DNA of 64,000 nucleotides from Octopus vulgaris (taxonomy: Eukaryota). How positions within the stretch are numbered: the stretch's first letter is position 1; each line of letters starts with the position of its first letter. The notes beneath the pieces are model-generated. The model was not told where the DNA came from. It made no database searches and saw only the letters and a list, made by a program, of their open reading frames with translations. This document shows, piece after piece, positions 55,775-64,000 of the stretch. The position numbers were made by a program, and so were the translations under genes. The stretch spans positions 83,886,001-83,950,000 of the forward strand of contig OX597822.1 in assembly GCA_951406725.2 (NCBI GenBank). Direction: 5' to 3'.

Positions 55775-56110
55775 TGTCGACTTTGCTTTTCATCCTCTCG
55801 GTGTCGATAAAAAAAGTACCAGTTATGCACTGGGGGGTGATGTAATCGAGTTACCCCTCCCCTCGAAAGCTGTTGGGTTTGTACTAGAATTTGAAACAAT
55901 AATTATTATTAAATGGATGATCTGACAGAATCGTTAGCACGCCGGATAAAATTATTTGCGGCCTTCGATACGGCACTTTACATTGCGATGAATTTTATCT
56001 TTCGTCATGTTGAGGTGGATAAAATACGTACCAGTTATCCACTGGGGTTTGCTGTAATTACCTTCCTGCTTTCTCCAAAATTGCTGACCTTGCGCTCACA
56101 GTTTAAAAGA
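55775..56110 (+). mobile_element. Two diverged SINE family B fragments
   Basis: gtcgactttgcttttcatcctctcggtgtcgataaa; gacagaatcgttagcacgccgg. Confidence 0.65.
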
Positions 56111-57312
56111 ATTATCACCATCAGCGACATTGTTCCTTTCACTCGACATTTAATCAGAACTGGTTTGAGTCTTGATGTTTTGTTTTTGTGTTCTACTCTA
56201 TTATTCTCTTCCCTCTCTCTCTCAGCTATATATGCATGTGTGTGTACGTGTAGGTGTGTGTGGTAGCATATCTGCATGTGTGTGTAGTGTAGCATGTATG
56301 TGTGTGTACGTGTGTGCAACACCTATTCCTGGTATCTTTCAGAATATTGTTTAAATATATAAGCTTAGGTTATATATTTGTCTTCCCCGTGTAGATTCCA
56401 TCTCCACCTATCTCTATAAACAGTTTTCTAATTTCAGTCCCCGCTCCTTCCTTGTTATTACAGATTTTCTACTGTTTACAGATTGTTTTAGATTTAGTTA
56501 TTTTCTCCTTTACTCTTAGAAACACATTACTACATGTCGGGATTTTTAACAGACGTCACTTCTTGACCTGCTGGATCATGACATCCATATCCGACTGATT
56601 GCTTTATTCTCCCTCTGTGTGTGTGGTGTACATCAGAATACCTTCACATGTCATTCTCTGAAACTTTTTCTATTCTATTGTATGTGGATACCACGTCTGT
56701 TCTGTTGGTATTTCATAATGCTAGCATCAACTTCCAGTGAATTGAAACTTCAATCCTGCTTTGCTCATATTTGTTCTCTGTGATTCTCTTTTCGCTTAGA
56801 CTTGAATGCCAGGAATATTTTGATTCGTTATTTCTTACCAGCCTTTGCATATTCTGTAGAATCTTAATATATGGCAGCTTCACTATATGTTTTTAATAAT
56901 TTCAAGTGGGAAGATTCTGAACCTGATCTGCAACCAAGAAATCTCTCGGTCTTAGTATTTACATTTGTGTTTTACATTCACTATTGTAGCTTTTCTTTAT
57001 CAACTTCTCATTTGCCAATCTCGTATTGGCCATGGACTGTTTTTTTCTATTAATATGACGTTTCGTATTTCTATTTCAATTTACATTTTAATTTTTGAAC
57101 AATTTAATGTCTTTTTTTTTCTTCTCCTCAGAACTGTCTGTTACTCCCAGCCTATTGGTTTCATAAAGCTCTCAGGAAAACATGAAACAGCTTTCTATTT
57201 CTCTGTGTTTGATAGCTGCTCTGTGTTTGATAGTATTTCATTTCTAATTATCCTTTAATAGATATTTTATGGCTCTACTGCAGATATTTTATAATGATCT
57301 TATAGTTAGTTG

Positions 57313-57570
57313 CTAAAACCCCATCACTAATAAACAACACGTCAAAATTAATGACAGCCACATCTCATAAGAAATACTCTGAACAACAGCACGAACAGAT
57401 CCTAAGAAAGCATACTTAGAATTAGAAAACCCGCCAGCCCTCACCACTGAATAACTCCAATCCTTGAAATAGCTAAAAATAACATTATACTTATCCCTCC
57501 ACCCATAACCACAAAATAACCAATTATTATATAATATCCGCAAAAACAAAGCAAAAGATGACCTCAACAA
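57313..57570 (-). pseudogene. ND1: Nuclear copy of a mitochondrial NADH dehydrogenase subunit 1 fragment (NUMT)
   Basis: AGGFSNSKYAFLGSVRAVVQSISYE matches the ND1 signature GWxSNSKYxxxGxxRAxAQxISYE; short and decayed, in nuclear repeat context. Confidence 0.85.
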
Positions 57571-58023
57571 TGGACGAACATCTTGTATGTGTATTAGATA
57601 GTAGTTAGTATATTCTTAATGAATCAATCACCATGTTACCCTATCTAGTCTTGCTAATTCATTTAATGAGCTACTTGACAATATTATATCTTATTGCTGA
57701 CAAGTAAAGTATTGATGCCTATCATCTCAATCTTGTGCAATTAACTCAGCTTTAATTATTAATTTAATGCGTCTTTAGTATTCGTTCCTCGCTTTCTTTT
57801 ACATTTGTCCACGTGGTTCATTAATTCCTAAGTATTTGCTAAGTCCGTCTTGGGTCAAATTCTCTTATCTTTATTTAACATGCTGTTACTGTTCTTAATC
57901 TTCTCTTCCAGGTTGCATCGGTGCATATTTCAAAGTTAATGTTCATATAAATTCCTTCATTATACGTGTGTACTGTTTGTATTGATGCATCGATTTTAAC
58001 TGATTAATCATTTTCACGTTAAG

Positions 58024-58069
<46 letters not shown>

Positions 58070-58275
58070 GTTTGACTTATGCTTTATATTTGTACAAGTT
58101 GGCTCCAAGTCTCACCCAGAGACCTCAGGAGACAACAGGTTGGAAGTTCATGTTGTTGTTATGCCTAGTGTGCCATATATTTGGGGGGGGGTGTTGTACT
58201 AATGAATGTCTAGTAAAAAATTTTTTTTTTTAAACCGAAAATTATGTTTGTTTTAAACATTGAGATTACATAGAA

Positions 58276-58479
<204 letters not shown>

Positions 58480-58480
<1 letters not shown>

Positions 58481-59140
58481 TTCAGTAGTTTTATTTTTAT
58501 AGCGTGCTTTCACTTCACTACCGAGCGCAGCTCTGTGTGCCTTAGGTATGTGCTGTGATTTGTTGTGATGCTCTGATGGTTATTGTATGGAAAGTGTTCT
58601 GCGTAGGATTTGTGCAGTGCCTAGTAGTGCAATTTTCTGTATGTTATATGTGTTTGTAAGTCCTGGTGTTTTTGTTATGTATTTGTCTGAATATTTTTTT
58701 ATCATGCCTAATGCACCTACTATGATAAGAATTGTTTCTGTTTTTAGATTCCACATTCTGATTACCTCTATTTCCAGGTCTTTGTGTTTTGAAAGTTTCT
58801 CCATTTTTTTAGAGACACGTTGTCATCTGCCGGTATTGATACATCAATTAGAAAGCATTTTTTTTTCTTCATGATCTCTGACAACTATATCTGGTCTGTT
58901 GGCCTTAATTTCTCTATCTGTGTGTATTGGCATATCCCAGAGTATGGTTGCTTTCTCGTTTTCTGTGACCTTTTCTGGTGTGTGCCTATACCATCTTTTT
59001 TCTGTTGTCATTCCATAATGTTGGCATAGCTTCCAGTGTATGTAGGTTCCAACTCTGTCATGTCTGTGAATATAGTCCTTCTTAGCCAGGACTGGGCAGC
59101 CAGAGATAATATGATTTATTGTTTCTTGTCCATCTCCACA
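58480..59140 (-). mobile_element. 5'-truncated R4/Dong-like LINE 3' end inside (AAT)n
   Basis: NRPDIVV; KDLEIEVIRMWNLKTETILIIVGALG...IQKIALLGTAQILRR; (TTA)n on both flanks. Confidence 0.92.
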
Positions 59141-59155
59141 TTATTATTATTATTA

Positions 59156-59192
<37 letters not shown>

Positions 59193-59224
59193 CATCATCA
59201 TCATCATCATCATCATCAACATCA

Positions 59225-59432
59225 TCAAAGACGTGGCACAGTATCCAATATTGTGATGCTGTAGATTGCAGATATTGTGTGTACCAGGGGGTGTGTACGG
59301 TCTGTCAAGTCGGAAGAAGGAACTCCGACTGACAGTACTTTACGCCATATGCGTGCAGTTCTAAATAAAACCGATTTTTGCAATACACCTAGATTGTAGG
59401 ATATTTCTAAAGTGTCCAGATGTTTCTTCAGG
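59225..59432 (-). mobile_element. RLE LINE 3' end, different family, tail in (GAT)n
   Basis: LKKHLDTLEISYNLGVLQKSVLFRTARIWRKVL plus UTR. Confidence 0.75.
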
Positions 59433-59680
59433 TAAAGATTGTTTGCCAACATAACATGGCAGTCCTGGTTTAGGACGAATATTAGTTCAAAACAATATCT
59501 TTTCACCACATTCACAGATATTGTTTTGAGCTGAGTGGGTATGCTAGATTCCCTTGTTTGAAAATATAAGGACACAGATCATGTCGTATAGCCAACTGGA
59601 GATGATGTCTCCTGGGGCTAAATTACAGCAACATTCGTCCTAAAACAGGACTGCCATATTATGTTGGCAAACAATCTTTA
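59433..59680 (+). mobile_element. Structured non-coding fragment related to the 5781-6419 element, with a 48-bp inverted duplication
   Basis: 59433-59480 is the near reverse complement of 59633-59680; shares tagattccctt...atagcca.ctggag...ctcctggggcta with 6280-6410. Confidence 0.65.
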
Positions 59681-59838
59681 CTCCAAAGTCCTGTTGCTGA
59701 ATATCTCACGTTGTGAGATTTAAAAATAGTAATTTTCTAATATATATAATTTAGCTAAAATCCTTTAAGAGATGATAGCCTCCTAGTTCTTCAGTTTATA
59801 CCAGTATTCAATGAAAACTAAATATATTAGTTTTGCAT

Positions 59839-59873
<35 letters not shown>

Positions 59874-60113
59874 TATTTAACATATTTATGAATGAGAATA
59901 TTTTGGAAAATTCCTCCCTCATGAAATACCCAATCCGCCAGTTTCAACATGAAAATTTTAAATAAATTGATTTAATTTAATTTAATTTCTGTAAATCAAC
60001 TAATTGGATATGGAAACGGGTGTAAGACTGGAATTTCATTATATTAGCTTGAATATTTTTAAATAAACTGATGTCTACGTGTCAATCTTTTCATTTTCTT
60101 CTTTTTCTCCTTC

Positions 60114-60240
<127 letters not shown>

Positions 60241-61749
60241 ATGCATTCATACATACATGTATGTATAGTATTACGAAATATACACGCTTCAATGCTACAA
60301 TATTTACAGTGTGTAACCATGCGTACATATATATATAATCCCAAGAACATACACACCCACACACGCTCTTCTACACTAATACACGCATTTTCATGCTTAC
60401 ACAACCACCCACTTAACTTGCTCTCTCCGCTTATCTCCCTTAGTTTCCAAACATCTGTTACTTGCAACACTCTTTGATGCATTTTTCCGCCTTCTTGACT
60501 TCCGTTTTCTTTCACCATTCAATCTTTGACGTAAACAACCCAGTTTTATTCATCCTTCTTATTTCGTTTTTTCCTTTTTTCTTTCTTTTTTTTTGTTCTT
60601 TTCTTAGTTCCTCATCTCGATATCAATGACTGAACCAGAGAAGTCTTTGTTTTTCTCCCACAGCATAATTATATTCTTTGGACTTTTGATTACCATTTTG
60701 GTTTCTTCCCGAAACCTTTTGCATATTTCAATAATACTCTGACACACAGTAATCGGATTACCACTGGATTAAAAACTGTGTTATATTATTATTTGATGGC
60801 AATTGTGTTGCAGGATTATTGTTATGTAGGGTTATGTTATGATCTGAGTTTATGACTGGGTGGTAAATGTATATTGTATGTGCTGTGTGCAAATTTATTA
60901 AAAATTATTTTAAATAGATTCGTTTTATTTTAGTCCATGGAATATATTTCTGTCACATTCCAGTCTAATACTCCAGAGCCATATTTTAGAATTCTTCCAA
61001 TTGAGATTTATCTCGAATAATTTTCCCCTGTCAAAATATTCATTTTTCACCTTACTTCAAAAACCTTTCATACACACTTTTAAATTCATTTATATCTAAA
61101 TATACATATGTAAACCGCGAAATTATACAGGTTCTGTATTGGATCCTTTCTTCAGAGTTCCGAATTACCTGCTCCACTGGTCAGTCAGTCTGTCGCGTTT
61201 TCTTCTCAGTTTCTTGAATTTTTCTTGTCTGAATTACAGCTTAATATCCTTACTTAACTTTATATTACCGACAAATCTCTCGTACTTGGAACGGTTTATA
61301 GTACAGTTTTGAACTACCCACGGAGTGAAGGGGTGATTCTTCCTCTCACTCTCAACTATAGGAAGCACAGAAGGGAATGGAAGCTAGAAACACAACCCGT
61401 TGCAACATGAAAAGATACAATCCTGTGGAACTAGAGATTGCCAGCAGCAGAATATTGGTGATGATATCACATTAATGTTCGATGTTGCATCCTGCCTTTG
61501 GTACTGTTGATATTCTTGCATTCTGCAGCTAAGAATAAGAGAATAGAAAGGCTACTTGTTGGTAGATGTGCACCGCACAGTTTCTTTGCCAAGTAATTGA
61601 AATTACTATCACCAGTGCTTGATAAAGCTATAAACAAACTATGTCGGTCATGAAAATTTTAAATTCTAAGTGATAAGTTCAGTGGAATCTCTTTAATATA
61701 TTTCAATAAAATTAATGAAGTGTTTTAATATTAATGTTAGCTTTCACAC

Positions 61750-62722
61750 GGCTTCTTCGTCAAGTGTTCCTAAGAGACAAACTTTCTGTAGGAGCTCTAC
61801 TAGACATTCTATTCCAATCTCCCTCAGCCACTAGTCTACATCTTTGCTTACTGTTCCCAACGCAGCAATTATTATAGGCACGACCTTTACTGTTCGCATG
61901 CTCCAAATTCTTCTTATTTCAAATTTTAAGGGATTGCATTTTCATAGTTTTTCTTCTTCTTTCTTTACGATCCTGGAATCAAACGAGCTTGATGGGTCGA
62001 TAAGTAAGCAACTTTGCCTTTCTTTATCTATGATTATAATATCTTGTCTGTTGTTTTCTGAGTTTTTTGTCCGTTTCAATAAGAAAGTCTCACAAAATCT
62101 TACATTTTTCCGACTCTATTACTCTTTCGTCTCGATGATTGTATCTTGTGTTTCTAGCTTTAAATTCCCATTTCCGACATAGTTTCCAGTGTAACTTTTT
62201 TACAATCTGGTCGTGCCTCCATTTCTTATATTCTTCCTGTGCCAACTTGGGACATTCAGCTACAATGTGTGCCACTGTCTCGTACCAAGTTCCAAAGGCT
62301 CAACATTTTTCTGACACATTCTCTCTTTATATATTTTTTGGAGCTCACCATCCGAAAGATGATATCAACCGGCTATACTTGAAGAGAAACTAAGTTGAAA
62401 GAGGCTTAATAACTGTAGAAGAATGTGTACAGATGGAAAGCAAAGGTCTAGTAGAGTATTTACAGACCAGCATTGAAAAATTAACTAAAAGTGTTTAAGA
62501 AAGAGTCGGTGATGATGCACGTAATAGGAGAAAAGGAGAAAAGTAAAATACAAAGAGAGTACCTCAGACAGATCGAAGAAAGACCTTTACATAACCAATT
62601 TTGGAGAGCCACTGAAGGTGTATATAGAATAAAATCCTGGGCTTGGTTAAAAAAGGGCAATTAAAAAAAGAAACACAGCACCTAATTGTAGCAGCCCAAG
62701 ATCAAACGATAAAACAAATAAA
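61750..62722 (-). mobile_element. R4/Dong-like LINE with 5' inversion
   Basis: Minus 61750-62335: TVAHIVAECPKLAQEEYKKWRHD (zinc-knuckle region) to the RLE end. Plus 62340-62722: HPKDDINRLYLKR...RGL...AAQDQ. Confidence 0.8.
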
Positions 62723-62723
62723 T

Positions 62724-62808
<85 letters not shown>
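62723..62808. repeat. (TAG)n microsatellite
   Basis: Seen directly. Confidence 0.97.
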
Positions 62809-62959
62809 CTTATTTTTATAACGTGCTTTGTTCATTTTAACGTATTGGTTCAATATAACGTATTTGGTTCATGTTATTTGTATCAGAATGGAAAATTAAT
62901 GCAATGAAAAAGTGATACATATAAGAATAAAGAAACTGGATCAACAAAGCAACCAAAAA

Positions 62960-63057
62960 ATCCTACGTATGTTTCAATCCGACAGTATGCTGGAATCATC
63001 ATCATTCAAACGTTTTTAGATGTAAAAGACCATATTCTGTCGGGTATCTTCAGGAAT
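62960..63057 (-). ncRNA. Type I hammerhead motif with extended stem II
   Basis: Reverse complement: attc CTGAAGA t ac-ccgacag...ctgtcgg-at t GAAA C-atac-G TA ggat. Confidence 0.72.
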
Positions 63058-63491
63058 AGAAAGTATATCTTCTGGTCTTGAATTACGAAATAACTAATTT
63101 TAGGACTGTTTTGAAATATTCAAATGTAAACAACTTCTTAAGACGATAGGTTAATGTGATAAGACAGTGATTGTTGAATTTTTTCTAAAACACCACAATG
63201 CATTTGAAAAATATATATATAAATGTTTAATTATAATATGGGTTGTTTATATTAATTATAATATGCCGCCAAGCATATTGAGGACAGAAAGAGAGATGAA
63301 ATATAATTTTGAGGGGAAAAAATGCAAAAGACCTTGGGAAATAAAAGGAAAAAATTAGTACTATAATAACCATTAATTATTCATCATTTGTATTTAGCAC
63401 TTATATTTTTTCGCATAAATAATTATATTATTCATCTCTGAAGTTTGTAGACAATAACTTTTCTATCAATATTGGAATGCATATGTTCGTG

Positions 63492-63529
<38 letters not shown>

Positions 63530-64000
63530 CGCACAAAAAGCCATTATCAAGGGAGAAGCATAAAAGTATATCGGAAACGAATTCAAGAGTTTGATGGAGA
63601 GATGTCTCTACCAGAATTAGAATGCGATAGTTTTTATCTGTAGAGAAAGGCAATATGCAGAACTCATATGAGAGGCAATAAAAAAAGGCGTAAAGGAAGA
63701 CAAGTAACGAATTCCTAGGAACAGAGGTACGTTAAAAGAGACAGGATCTAAGAGAATGAGAGAAAATACAAAAATGTTTACAACAAATACAGAAAGAAAA
63801 GCAGAAAACGTTTATGAGGATCAATAAATACTTTTCTACATAAAGATCATAGCCAGACTGACCATTTGCAATTATCAAGCCGAAAAGGGGTTGGAGAAAA
63901 GAGGAAGAATAAATAGAGGTGACATGTAACAGTTCGGCAAGTGAACGATAGGTAACTAGCAGTCTTTAAAGATATAAGTTCTGTAAGTCAATTTGCTCGA

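Noticed and set aside
56400-57050. Second decayed Penelope 3' region on the minus strand
   Set aside because: Only a faint resemblance (MDVMIQQ...KIP); needs a profile search
59915-60113. Further hammerhead relic (ctcatga...gaaacgggtgta) next to (TA)n
   Set aside because: Core G5 is mutated and stem I does not pair; may be a decayed copy but is not supportable

Overview
AT-rich, microsatellite-dense animal DNA, most likely an octopus or other coleoid cephalopod. That assignment is inferred from the tRNA-derived SINE types and a mollusc-like mitochondrial ND1 fragment. I cannot support any intact host protein-coding gene; most ORFs in the track are translations of simple repeats or SINEs. The window consists of mobile-element debris: three SINE families, mariner/Tc1 remnants and MITEs, a CR1-like RT fragment, R4/Dong-type restriction-like-endonuclease (RLE) LINE fragments sitting in microsatellites, a non-autonomous Helitron, a decayed Penelope-like element (RT + GIY-YIG) and an ND1 NUMT. 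The main signal, invisible in the ORF track, is a set of about 9 sequence-unrelated, non-coding elements. Each carries a type I hammerhead ribozyme motif (CUGANGA...GAAA-short/palindromic stem III-NUH). Most lie in or next to (TA)n tracts, and several show tandem copies plus an inverted upstream partial copy. The clearest is a near-perfect 453-454 bp tandem array at 53.36-55.18 kb with one hammerhead per unit, i.e. a retrozyme-like candidate that could yield unit-length (circular) RNA. Many of these hammerheads share unusual traits: a mismatch at the base of stem II, a long stem II, or a CCGA core. One family also carries a second, covarying structured motif of unknown function. All folds were read by eye and boundaries of decayed elements are approximate.
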